Source: Psilocybe cubensis (Eukaryota). From it: a DNA stretch of 64,000 nt. Positions 40,626 through 52,339 of the stretch are shown here, piece after piece (position 1 is the first letter of the stretch; each line of letters begins with the position of its first letter). Made by a program: the position numbers and the translations under genes. The stretch spans positions 682,001 through 746,000 of the forward strand of contig CM038999.1 of the NCBI GenBank assembly GCA_017499595.2, in the 5' to 3' direction. The notes beneath the pieces were generated by a model. The model was not told where the DNA came from. It worked only from the letters and a program-made list of their open reading frames with translations, and did no database searches.

Positions 40626-40663
40626 ATCTGATAAGATTGATTTTTTTATCCGTCTTATCAGAT
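40626..40663. promoter_or_regulatory. Inverted pair of ATCTGATAA GATA boxes (SreA/Urbs1-type iron repression sites)
   Basis: ATCTGATAA 40626-40634 and TTATCAGAT 40655-40663; third site ATCAGATAA at 41137-41145; all match ATCWGATAA and lie upstream of the siderophore acyltransferase. Confidence 0.7.
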
Positions 40664-41322
40664 ATGATGTGATCGCTTGTCAACCTTGGCGCTAGTCGTT
40701 ACCCTCCATGATTGGTCAACCCTTCAAAACCATGTTGTCCTTGCGATGGCCATCGGATTCCAAACATCTGGGTTCACTGTAAAGTCACAGACGGCATGGG
40801 TCTAGAAGGAAGCGGCATCGTAGAGAGTTCAAGGGACTTGCAAGTCGGATTTGTCGGATTAATGGGTCCCATGTGCAAAGGCCTGAGATTGCGGTCGAAG
40901 GTCTCCATGCCCGCCGAGCACGAGTGGCGCATTTATGAGGCCCCGAGGAGACCTGATTAGATGGAATATAAGTCATACATTACGGTGAAGCATATAGATT
41001 TCGTTGAAAAGCACAGACAAGATGAAACGCATCAAACCCAATCCAACCGTAAGTAGTTGGAAAATTCACCACAGTGTCAGATTAAGTGTCATATATGTCG
41101 CGTATACTGCTGAGATATTGTTCGTCCATTTGAATCATCAGATAAGTTGACGAAGCAAGATATTTGGGGCCGAAGCGCTGGAAGCCAACTCACAGTTCAC
41201 TGCATTGTGCAGGTACAGATATTAAAGCTCCGAAGTCCTATTTAGGATGTTTTTCCCACAGGCACGTTAATTCATGCGCTGTTGGGAGTCAACTCAGTCC
41301 TTGAACTACAACGACGACGACG

Positions 41323-42796
41323 ATGGCGACCATCCACCCTTCACGAATGGGTCTTATTGCTCCAGAAATGAGAGCAAGCGCATCCTCTCAGAAAAGGGGA
41401 CGCTCACCGTCTCCAAGACGCCGAAGGAGTCCGTCACCTCGCAGGAGCCGAAGTAGAGACAGAGATTGGGGCAGAGACAGAGAAAGGGAAAGAGGAAGAG
41501 ACGGTGGCAGGGAAAGAGACTCTGGCTATGGCGACCGACGTAATGGCAGAGATGATAGCAGAGAACGAGGGCGCGATAGTCATCGGGACGACCGTCGAGA
41601 TGGCCCTGCCGAACCGCGCAGAGCTAGCCCTCAATACGACGACTACAAACGCCCACCCCCTCCCTCAGGCAGCGCAGAGTCTTCGGTGCCTTGGAGGAAG
41701 CAAGACAGCATGTACCCTCCGAAACAAAGCTTCCAATATCAAGGAAGCGGCGGCAGCAATTTCTTAGAGGCGTAAGTTTTCCATGATCAACAGGCCCCTT
41801 TTATATGTTGCTGATTTCTGCTTGAAGTCGTCGTGTGCAACGTGCAGCACAAACTGTCGATATATGGCCTCCTTCACCGAAAGCACCTGCTCGTGATCTG
41901 TACGAATCTGTCTCCTCATCCAATTTTTCATTTTCATCTAACCATTATTCAACGTTAGGTCCCCGAGAGGTAAAAAGTCGAGCAAAAAGTCTAAACGTCA
42001 CCGGTCACCCACCCCCAGTGACACCGACTCTGAAGAAGAAGAACGAAGGAGGAGGAAAGAACGAAGACGTGCTCGCAAGGCCCGCGAGAAAGAGGAGCGC
42101 AGAAAAGAAAAGAAGCATCGCAGGCATCGCTCTCGGTATTCCAGTGACGATGACAGTGATGATGACGACGACCGCAAGCATAGCAAACACCGCAGTAAAC
42201 GAACTCGTAGTCGATCACCGAGTCGGAGCAAGAGCAGGAGCAAGAGCGTTCGGGACCGTAGCAGAACCCCTACGGCAGACAGAAAAACACCTGATGTCGC
42301 CCCGTCCAAAGCAACACCTACCATTCCCATTGATGTGCCCTTTTCCTCCTCAACCTCTCGACATCAATCTACCAGCCAGCCACCACAAAGCCAAGGCGAC
42401 TCCGATTCCGGCGAGGAAGTCGGTCCGCAACCTATGTATAAAAAAGGAGGCAACAAAAAGGTCGATGAACGTGCATATGGTGGCGCTCTTCTTCGTGGTG
42501 AGGGTAGCGCCATGGCTGCTTTCTTGCAGGAAGGCACCGAAACACGTATCCCTCGTCGTGGTGAAATTGGTTTGACATCAGAGGAAATAGCCAAGTACGA
42601 GGAGGTTGGATACGTGATGAGCGGTAGCAGGCACAGGAGGATGAACGCTGTGCGTATGAGGAAGGAGAACCAAGTTATCAGTGCAGAGGAGAAGAGAGGG
42701 ATCTTGAAGTTACAAAAGGAGGAGAGAGAGAGAAAAGAAGCCATTCTAAGAGACGAGTTCAGCCAGCTGGTCAACGAGAAGCTGAAAGCTGTCTGA
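41323..42796 (+). CDS. NKAP-like RS-rich spliceosomal protein (DUF926 C-terminus)
   Basis: [13 protein letters not shown] repeats, [56 protein letters not shown]. Confidence 0.9.
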
Positions 42797-43031
42797 CGGA
42801 TGTTGTGGGCATTTATTTGCGTTTGGTGAAACTTCGATTTCTCTCATCGCTGTGTGCTCTTTTTTCACTCAATAAAATGTAATATTTATTAGAATCCCGT
42901 GTTTGCTCAAACATCTTTTCATTCGTAATCAACAATATAAGTGCTACAGTTCTTGACTCAAAGAGGTCAGTGATTTCCTGTATGACCTATACGCTTTGTG
43001 GAAGTTCCAAAGATTGTGACGGATATCAGTA

Positions 43032-44321
43032 TTAGAGGCACTGCGCAAAGGTCAGTTTCTGTTATTATTACAGTGTTGTGCCCTACTGACCTGGGAATAC
43101 CATGGGTTGAGAACCCTGCAAGTAAAAGGGCTCGCGCAGACGGTGGGCCCTGTCCACCCATTGCTTTGAAACCACGATATCAGAAAGTCTCAAATAATAA
43201 TAACGAACATGGATGCATACCCTCCGCATTGGCCGTATTGCACTTGAGTGGGTTGCTCCGGGGGGTACGTGGTGGTGGTCGATGGGGGTCTGGTTGTGGT
43301 TGTGGTTCCTGTTCCAGGAGACCCGCCAACCAGGCCGAACCATTTCAGAACCTCGTTCTCTTGGATGGGGATGCCGTGGGTCGCTGGTGCGCTGATGGCC
43401 TGGAAGTTGGGACCATAGATGCTTCGCGTCCATCCAGAGAGAGGGTCATTCGTTTGTGTGCTGATAGGTGTAGTGCTGTACCCCAATACGTTGGTCCACT
43501 GCTTGATGCCCTCCAGCTGGTTGTTATAGTTTACGACTTCGTCCCTAAATGGCAGGATAACTAATGAGCCTCGTTTTAGGTCACAAAGGTAGAATGCTGC
43601 TCACTGTAATCCGTGCCAAAGCTGTATTTTGGGGCGGGGACCGGTGTAGCCGGGATATCCTCTTCGAACGAGATCTCCCTGGATGGACCAAGTTCGTGAA
43701 ACGGTATCCAAGATGTATGTCAACACTCACCCATTCCTGGGGCGTTTTCGAAACTCTACCGGTCGCACAAGGGTTGTTGATCATTGTGCTCTCCGAGAAA
43801 CACGCGTATGGAACTCCCGAAAACGCAGAGCCAGCGGCGAAGAGGTCTGGATACGCACCAGCCATCACGCTAGTCATCATCGCGCCAGACGAGAACCCAG
43901 TCAAGAACACGCGGGCAGGGTCGGCAGAGTAGGTGGACAGGGAGTACTTGATGGCGGACGCAACACCGAGCGAATCCGAGCCGCCGTTGTGCGTGAACGT
44001 CGCGTTGCTGTACACCTCCCAGCACCCATTGCTATTGGGGGGCGAGCTAGGGTAGATGACGAGGAAGGTCTTTAGCGAATCGGAGAGGTCAGCATATCGT
44101 GTCTGCGAGAACCAGCCTGGGCCACTACCGCCGCACGGGTGGAGCGCCACAATCAATGCTGGGTTCGCTACAAGTCCAGTGGGTCGGTAGACATGCAAGG
44201 CGATGTTGGATGGGTTGGTGCCGAAGTTGAATACCTGCTGCAGACTATTCTGAGCTGCGAGGACGTGAGTCGCCGCCAAGATTGGAACAGCGAGGAGCTT
44301 AAGGGCAGTAGCTGCAAACAT
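43032..44321 (-). CDS. Secreted CE1 acetylxylan/feruloyl esterase with C-terminal CBM1 (copy 1)
   Basis: Signal peptide, [27 protein letters not shown], Thr/Pro linker, [24 protein letters not shown]. Confidence 0.92.
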
Positions 44322-45481
44322 GTTCAGCGTTGTTGCACTATCTTTGACCCTTGCATCATATTTATAGAGTTATTCGCTGAAAATGTTCTTAGGTGGTTGG
44401 CATTATCAAAAATGCGTTTTTGCCGACGAAGTCCCGTAAGCATGGCACAGTGATTTCAGCAGTATCATGACCGAAGAATCGAAGTCGATTTTTGGCGTCT
44501 GCTATTAGGTGGCTGGTTCTTGGAAACGTCTCCCAATGTCAATTTCCTTTCTTTTTTTCGAATAATCGCTTTTACCGGGTTGGAGGCAGGCTGGATTTGA
44601 CGAGAAGCGCATCTCATGTGCACGCCAAGATACCACTATCTTCTGAAGCAAGACACCTGATTCACTGTATTCTGAACACATGGAAGAGAAGGTATTGAGT
44701 CTAAAATGTTAAACCAAATTTCTAGAAGAATATCGGGGAATTGCGAGGGATTATAGGGGTTAAACTTACTTTCCTGGGCCAGGTCCACGAATTAATACGA
44801 GTAATCATATTGATTCGCAAGGATAAACTGATTACCAGAACAAGAGCGGTGAATTAGCACGGAAACAACCTGTGCGACGGGCGCGTACAGCTAGTACCAC
44901 GAGCGTGAACCCCAACGGAGGCAGTGATTCGGGGTGCGTCACTCTCGGAAAATGGGAATTCAAAATTGATTTTTGACGCTCCATGATTGTTGAGAATAGA
45001 TCCGAAACTCCTCCACAGTGGATCCTGATGAAATTTTGTCGACGAACGAAGCGGACGAACTTGACTCTCTGCAGTTTCGAGACACGAAAATTTCTCCCAC
45101 TGTCAGGGATACAAGCAAACCTATACGACCGTCGTCTGCATTTAGCAAAGGAACTTTTCTCTGACGGTCCCCTAAAGTCCCTAGTTTTTTTAAACCCCCA
45201 ATCAGTTGTTCATTGTTTCGTCTAATTCCTGTTCGAAACGCGGACTAAATATCTTTCATCGACAGACACATTTCAGGACCTTTTTTTCCTGTCATTTATC
45301 TTTCACAACGTTTAATTTTCTTGGTTCACGGACTTACGACCAAATTTATTTTTTTATCAAGCGACGACTCAAGGTCCTACTAATTACATTACGACTACCA
45401 ACATGATGACGTAGAAACCGTGCGACTGGAAAGCTTAGGGATTCTTCCGTTATGATTGGCAACCGCCAGAATCTCAATTCG

Positions 45482-46788
45482 TTAGAGGCACTAGTCCAAG
45501 GTGAGATTTTGACGGCATAAAAAATGTACTCTGCTCTTACTTGGTGATACCAGTCGTTGATGACCCTGCAAGTGAAAGGGCTCGCGCAGACGTTGGGCCC
45601 TGTCCATCCAATCCTGTTTGATGCCATGATATTAGGAAAAATTTGCACATAAAAATAAAGGGATCACATACCCTCCACATTGGCCGTATTGCACTTGCGT
45701 AGGTCCCCGTGTGGTGGTTGGCGCCACGGTTGTGGAAGTCTGGGTGGTGGTGGGAGGAACGGTGGTGCTTGATGTTCCTGGCGTGCCGCCGATCAGGCCG
45801 AACCATGTGAGAACTTCGTTTGCCTGAACGGGAATGTTGTGTGTGGTTGGGGCGCTAATGGCCTGGAAATTGGGACCGTAGGTGTTTCTCGTCCATCCGG
45901 AGAGTGGGCTGTTCGATTGTGTGCTGACAGGTGTGGAACTGTATCCAAAGACGTTTGTCCATTGTTTGATTCCCTCGAGATGGTTGTTGTAATTGAGAGT
46001 TTCGTCTCTGGAAAGATAATTGAAGGTGAGCCGTATTGGAAAAGAAGCAGTCATGATGTTAAACTTACTGTGTACCGTGCCAGAGCTGCATTTTTGGACG
46101 TGGACCAGTATAACCAGGATATCCATTTCGGACAAGATCTCCCTGGTAAGTGGGGACGTATTCAGCCATTTTCTCTGCGAGATAAACGATATACACTCAC
46201 CCATTGTTGAGCGGTCTTGGTAAGCTGGCCAGTCGCACAGGCGCTATTCCACATTCCAGGACCAGAGAAGCAAGAGTACGGTACTCCAGCCCACGCAGAT
46301 CCTGCAGCAAACAGGTCGGGATATGCACCAGCCAACACATTGGTCATCATAGCACCAGACGAGGTACCAGTGACGAAAACGCGTGCGGGGTCAACGCCAT
46401 AATTGGAAATCGCATACCGAATCATCGACGCGATACCAAGGGAATCACCTCCCGCATTGTGGGTTAGCGTCGCGCTGGTGTGCACGTCCCAGCATCCTCC
46501 GCTGTCCGGCGCGTTCGGGTAGATGACAATGAAGCTCTTCAACGAGTCAGCGAGGTTGGCGTATTGCGTTCCAGAGAAGTAGGCCTGTGCGGTGCCGGTG
46601 CAGTAGTGGATGGCCACAATCAGAGCTGGGTTTGCCGCCAGTCCGTTGGGCCTGTAGAGGTACATGCCGACATTTGTCGGGTTGGAACCAAAGTTGGTGA
46701 CCTGCTGCAAGCTATTCTGTGCTGCGAGAACGTAGGTCACAGCCAAAAAGGAAACAGAGAGAAGCCTGAGGAAGGTAGCGGCAAACAT
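45482..46788 (-). CDS. Secreted CE1 acetylxylan esterase with C-terminal CBM1 (copy 2)
   Basis: Signal peptide, [56 protein letters not shown]. Confidence 0.93.
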
Positions 46789-47738
46789 TTTGACGCTTGT
46801 GGGTGCGTTTTCATCTCATGCGCCGCATTTATAGACTAACATGATCTCTCGATATCTGACATTGCTAAAGCAGCGTTGCGTCCCGACAAAGTGCCGCACG
46901 CAACCAGTGATTATTGGAGTGCCTAAGACGGTGAGGCTAGCTAAAAAGCTTCCATCGTTAAGCCGGCTACACCACTGCTTCACAATGTGGGGTTTTCAAA
47001 TGGTATTTCCGTGAAGTATCAAAGAGTGCGCGCTTGGCTAACGAGAAGCGCGTTTTATGTAGGCGCCAAGAAGAAGTGATGTGGTCAGTGGAGACACCTG
47101 ATCGAAGATTTCATGTCCACATGGAAGAGTAACGAGTCTAAATGTAAAAACCCGAGTTCCAGAAGACGGCTGAAGTAGCATCACGGAAAGAGAACGGCGC
47201 GAGCGGGGTATAATGTACAATGAAAAAAACAAGCCCAACTGGATCGCGCGGTCCGCTGCCCAGAAAATTGACAATTGAGGAGACTTTTTAACGCTAGATG
47301 AGTACTTTGCAACTGAGTTTTAGATCCGATACTGCTCCAGAGTGGATCCTAGATAATGTTGATGAGCAAAACCCACCTTGAACTGCTTGGATAATGCAGA
47401 CAGGCAACATGTAAACCCAGCCCGGAGCCGTCATCGTCGGTCACCAGCTACACGGTAGGTTCCGACCAAACGACGAACATAATCCGGTAGATGTTCGAAT
47501 TTTGAAATGCTATCTTGTCCGAGGTCGTCAAAGCTAATCATGTGCAACTAGGGAAAATTATGTATATTTTACGTGTGCAAGAGACTACATGAGACCAGCT
47601 CAAGCAGCACTGCAGGCGCTAAACGGCGTGTGCTACGACAAAGGTGTACTAAATAAAAATAAGATATAACTTGTCAGGACATTGAGGTTCGGGACCTCCG
47701 AAAAAGATTGGAGAGTTCTCCATAGTCGTAGTAGATAT

Positions 47739-49511
47739 CTAAATCATCGTGCCGTTGAGGACATCGTGGCCTTTGGAATTGATCAACTCTAACGTTACCC
47801 CCGATTTACGCGCAGAAAGAAGGAGGTCCAGAGCTTCAGCACCCATGATCAACTTTTCGTGGCCATCATCCAAGTCGTTGTCGTCGTCATTGGCGCTGAC
47901 ATTCCCGACCTGAGGCTGTGGGCACTTAATTCCAAACTGTTTTAAATACGCTATTTTTTGCTGTTGTCCTGTTTCCGACTTGATTCTAACGTATTTGAGC
48001 GGTCTTTCGTTGCTTGTGCCTTCTTGATCAATAGAAAGAATAGAATTCCTATAATTCATGTTCGACTCCTCATTATTCTGTTCAATATACCCCCTTTTAC
48101 ATGGAAAAATACGGGCAAGCAATAACCATGTCGGTGGCGGCAAGTCAAACGGTACAGTTACATCCAAGCGCTGCAGCACAGGAAGCCAACGATAATAAAC
48201 TTCCTCTGCAACGAACATCTCAAAAAAACAATTCAACCACCGAAGACCATGCACCCCAAGCTGCGTCGACAAGTTCAAGTTCAAATGCGTGATCTGATGC
48301 AGCTTCCCAAGCCAGTGCCCATCGTGTGGAACATGTGTCGGGGGGACCACGGTACAGCTGAAAATGAACACGTCCAAGGGCGTATTTGGGCAAGAGCGCT
48401 CGAGGAAGCCGATGAGAATGTCGATGGTGCCTGGCTGACTGTTGTACGTAAAATCCAGATAGTTGAACCGCGGCCCGAGAGTGATGTACTGCAGAAGACT
48501 CGAGATCAGCAAGATGCCCATCTCGTTCAGCACCAAGCATCGTATAGAGTTTTGAGCGATGGGCGAAGACGGGGGACGGAATGAGTCTTTAGGAGGCAGA
48601 AGTCCAACGCGTTCTATGAGCTGCGTGATTTTAGGAGCCTGAGAAATGATTTTAAGTACTTCATCGACTCTGACACCGCACACCTCCAGATGTGTCAGAC
48701 CTCCCCAGCGCAAAGGTAATTTTTCAGGAAAGCAGTTTCGAGCGAAGAAGAATTTGGGAAGCACAGAGAATCGGGAGCGTATTCGCGGCATACAAGATGC
48801 GCTGTATACACTTTGCGCCGGGAGGTCAATGTACAGGTACTCCAGCGCAAGAACGGAACGCAGGTCTGTAAACACGTATTCGAGCGATAGCTCATGAACA
48901 CCGACGGTGTGCCAGCGGTCCGAGTGTGATTGGACAACTACCATCAGCTTTTTAAATTTTAAGTTGTTTTTATCGGGAGGGACAGACAGAAATGTCATTG
49001 TCAGAGGAAGATTCTGTGACCGTTTCAGCATTTTGGTGGTGGTACCGATCTTCAAGTGATGGCGACTTAAATTGATGACGATGTGTGTCCATAGAGATGG
49101 AGTGGCCCGCGCAGCGTCCCGCCAGTCTTTAGATACAGCGCTGAGAAGGATCGCAGGATGCCACGTAAATGTTTTACCGTCTTCGGAGTCTTGAACATTA
49201 TTGTTGTCTTGAACAGCCAAGAAGAATATATGTGAGACGACACGGGAGGGGAGACGCTTGAGTAGACGGTCTGAGCTTTGCGTAGAAAAATATGTATAGC
49301 TGCGAGAGGGAAGAGTGCGAGTGGGAAAGGTAAAGGAAGAGGAAGAGATACGAGTAGACCGGCGGGGTACATTTTCTTTAGAGACGCGATCCCGCCGGGG
49401 AACGGAATTTTTAATATGGTTAGGTTCTCGTTCGTCTACTTGGTTGGTCTTCTCTGAGTCGAGGAGTGGAGAACTTGTGGTGGATCGCCCGTGAATCATG
49501 GTATGCCACAA
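47739..49511 (-). CDS. F-box/LRR-like protein (apparently intact; start uncertain)
   Basis: RLPSRVVSHIF..LLSAVSKDWRDAARATPSLWTHI, LKRSQNLPL; paralogue of the 32066 gene. Confidence 0.7.
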   Translation of the reverse strand: MWHTMIHGRSTTSSPLLDSEKTNQVDEREPNHIKNSVPRRDRVSKENVPRRSTRISSSSFTFPTRTLPSRSYTYFSTQSSDRLLKRLPSRVVSHIFFLAVQDNNNVQDSEDGKTFTWHPAILLSAVSKDWRDAARATPSLWTHIVINLSRHHLKIGTTTKMLKRSQNLPLTMTFLSVPPDKNNLKFKKLMVVVQSHSDRWHTVGVHELSLEYVFTDLRSVLALEYLYIDLPAQSVYSASCMPRIRSRFSVLPKFFFARNCFPEKLPLRWGGLTHLEVCGVRVDEVLKIISQAPKITQLIERVGLLPPKDSFRPPSSPIAQNSIRCLVLNEMGILLISSLLQYITLGPRFNYLDFTYNSQPGTIDILIGFLERSCPNTPLDVFIFSCTVVPPTHVPHDGHWLGKLHQITHLNLNLSTQLGVHGLRWLNCFFEMFVAEEVYYRWLPVLQRLDVTVPFDLPPPTWLLLARIFPCKRGYIEQNNEESNMNYRNSILSIDQEGTSNERPLKYVRIKSETGQQQKIAYLKQFGIKCPQPQVGNVSANDDDNDLDDGHEKLIMGAEALDLLLSARKSGVTLELINSKGHDVLNGTMI

Positions 49512-50411
49512 AGTGTACGTGTGCGGTGGTAGAAGAGATAGAACAATTCGTAGAAGCCATTGGGGCTTTTAGCCAATATTTCGATGGTTCAAGTGTATGC
49601 TCTTTTTGGATAGGCACGTCTAGTAGCCATTGACCTTCCATCCGCAATGGATCGAATTTATTGAAAGAGTTCTAAAGGTTGTGAGGGTTATACCCTCCCA
49701 TATGTGAATGGTGATGCTGGTCATTGAGATTGCGTAAACGGGATTCATAGCCTGAGGTCGGTGTGGTTCGTTAACCGCATGTAGTTTCTTGCTGTAGCGG
49801 AGCCCGTTCATTAAACATGGTTGTATGATTCAAAAGCCAGTTAAGCATCATAGCCGTGGTCCTCGTATCGTGTCAAGCCACTGACCAATATCACTCGGGA
49901 CATGAAAGGCCACCAGAAGTGAAAAATGATCTTCAAAAGCTTGTCTGACAAAGACCAATCAGCATTTGTGAATTGGACCTCCGTCTCCGCCTCCCATCAA
50001 TCCACGCTAACAACTGGAGTAAACACTTCGACGGGTGCTATTGATTTGCCGCCCGAAGCGGGGAACTAGAGGGAACAAGTCATCTGTAATAACCAGATCA
50101 ATGAGTTTGGCGGAATAGGGTCAAATAGTGTCAGTATTGCTTGCGAAACAGCCTAGGCTCTTACCTTCAGGGATCCATTGTAGGTCAAGAATGTCCTTTG
50201 GCTTAGTGATTGAGACTATTCACATTGAATGGCTTATTCAATCTTGGAAACCCATGTTACCCGATGGTCGAGACCAATTGAGTGGACTGAAGACATAAAG
50301 AAGTTCTTTGTATATGAGAAGATAGAATCGCGTCTCTTCAACCGAACGTCAAGATCGAAACTTTCATACATCAGTCGATATCTTTCCTTTGTCGAGATCA
50401 TCGTAAACGCA

Positions 50412-51303
50412 ATGGCCCTGCCCGATTTTTTGCTTGACCCAAACGTCGTCCTCAAAGATCGTGCGTCTTCTTCCTAATTGACGTTTCCTGGCGAGAAGAT
50501 CATGGCTAAATTATGATCTCGATTTCGCAGAGTCGACATGGCGATACAAGACTGCGCCCGACTACACGGCCACCAACGCCAACTTTGAAACAGGCAAATC
50601 GACATCATGGGCACCATCGTCCCTCGAGTTCCTGGTTCAAAATCTCGTGAAGAACTGGGAGAAAGAAGCTTCGTATAAGACCGACCCCAAGGAGTGGCGG
50701 ACTATCTCACAAGAGAAATACGCGTTCCACTTGAACGGTGGCCCCGCGCTGGACGCGAACGATATGTTGCGACTGGGGACGTACAATGCCTTGATCGGGG
50801 AGAGCGGCGTCAAGGACGTATATGAGACCAAGGAGATGGACTTTGGGGCGTCGCATAAGCTGTTCAAGGGCGTGATGCGGACGTTTAACTGGGAGGTCCT
50901 GGAGTTGATCGGCGCGCCCCCGAAAGTGAGCATCAAGTGGCGGCATTGGGGTAAGTGGATACAACTCCTATCGCGCTGCCTCCCAGCTATGATTTACGCG
51001 CATATATGCATGACGCTTGCAGGTACCATGACGGGCAACTATCGCGCGAAGCTCAGCTCTGGACGCACAGTCATTGCCAAGGCTAATCACAAGCTCATCG
51101 AGGTGTTCGGTGTGACGATGGCTGAAGTTAATGAGAAGTTTGAAATCACCAAGTTGGAGACGTTTTGGGAACCAGAGTCGATGTTCCGCCAGCTTATTAC
51201 AGATGATATGAAAATCCTCGCAGAGGGCGAGACAGTGGAATCAGTGGTCCCCGTTGATGAGACTGGGCAAGCACAAGGCGGTGGATGTCCGGTTGCGCAT
51301 TGA
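50412..51303 (+). CDS. Pathogen-related protein-like (NTF2/SnoaL-type fold), 3 exons
   Basis: LPDFLLDPNVVL, WRYKTAPDY, LVQNLVKNWEKEASYK, GTYNAL, SHKLFK..FNWEVLE, WRHWGTM, GCPV. Confidence 0.75.
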
Positions 51304-52339
51304 AACACAAGGAGGATGTAACATAAATGGAACCTAAGATAATGGAAGTTTGAATAAAGCTATTGGACGTAAATTGCATAGATGGTAGTCGAATGGTGGT
51401 CACCAGTCAGGCCTCAGGACTCAGAAGATGTTGGTTCATTGACAAAATGAAGTGACCGGTCTGAACCCTCCAAAAGGGGAAGTTATTTCCTCATTCGGCT
51501 TCATAGTGATCCACGTGCTCTTACCAATTTTTTTCGTGGGAACTAGCGCACGGACCATATTCTCCTGTATAAATAGTGGGCAGGATCCTTTTGTTACTCT
51601 TTAGAACATACTCAATCAGGATCTGTTTACAGAAACTGACCGAGTCTCGCATTTTTACAAATGCCGCATTCTTTAAATCCACTCGATGACATCCGCGCTA
51701 TCTCGTTTGACCGAGAACATGGCCTCATCTTTTGATGAAGTCTCGATGAAGTTTGGTTCGCTTTTTTCTTGTCTCGCAAGAGGCAAGACAATTCGAACCA
51801 GCGAGAATAGCGTCTGTCTGATGGATTACTATTATTTTGTACTTTGTTTTCTATGTATTGTAGCAAATGTATTTATTTATGTTCAAATTTTTAAAAGTAT
51901 GGTCATCACCTTGAAATAAGTTCTTAATATTGTGAGTTTTTAGCCTTCGTTTGTGGTGTTTATATAGGAAATATCAAGGTGCATTGTGTTTTGGGCGCTT
52001 AACTTGATCTTCAATGATACATTCTCTGTTGGTGATTCACTGAACTTCTGAAGTATGTAGGTTCGCCATGCATTCCATTGATTTGGCATTTATCTGCTAT
52101 AGAAGCCCATTATATTGATTATAAGTAAAATTCCAATCAAACACTGATACGGTATGCCTGCGATGTCTGTGTCGCGCCCAGCGTCAATGTCAAAGGCTTT
52201 CAAAGAACGTAGAGCAGTTCACAAAAATAAATCAATGCCGACTGGATATGGAGCCCGGGAGCCCGGAAAATTTTCTGGACAACACCGGCTGTTGGATTAT
52301 AATTTGTACACGTTTCCCGTCCATGCCCAGTCCGACCTA

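Noticed and set aside
41400-42260. Purine-rich repeats
   Set aside because: Explained by RS/RD/KE low-complexity coding in the NKAP-like gene
51661-51919. Mating pheromone precursor
   Set aside because: No C-terminal CAAX motif in the short ORFs
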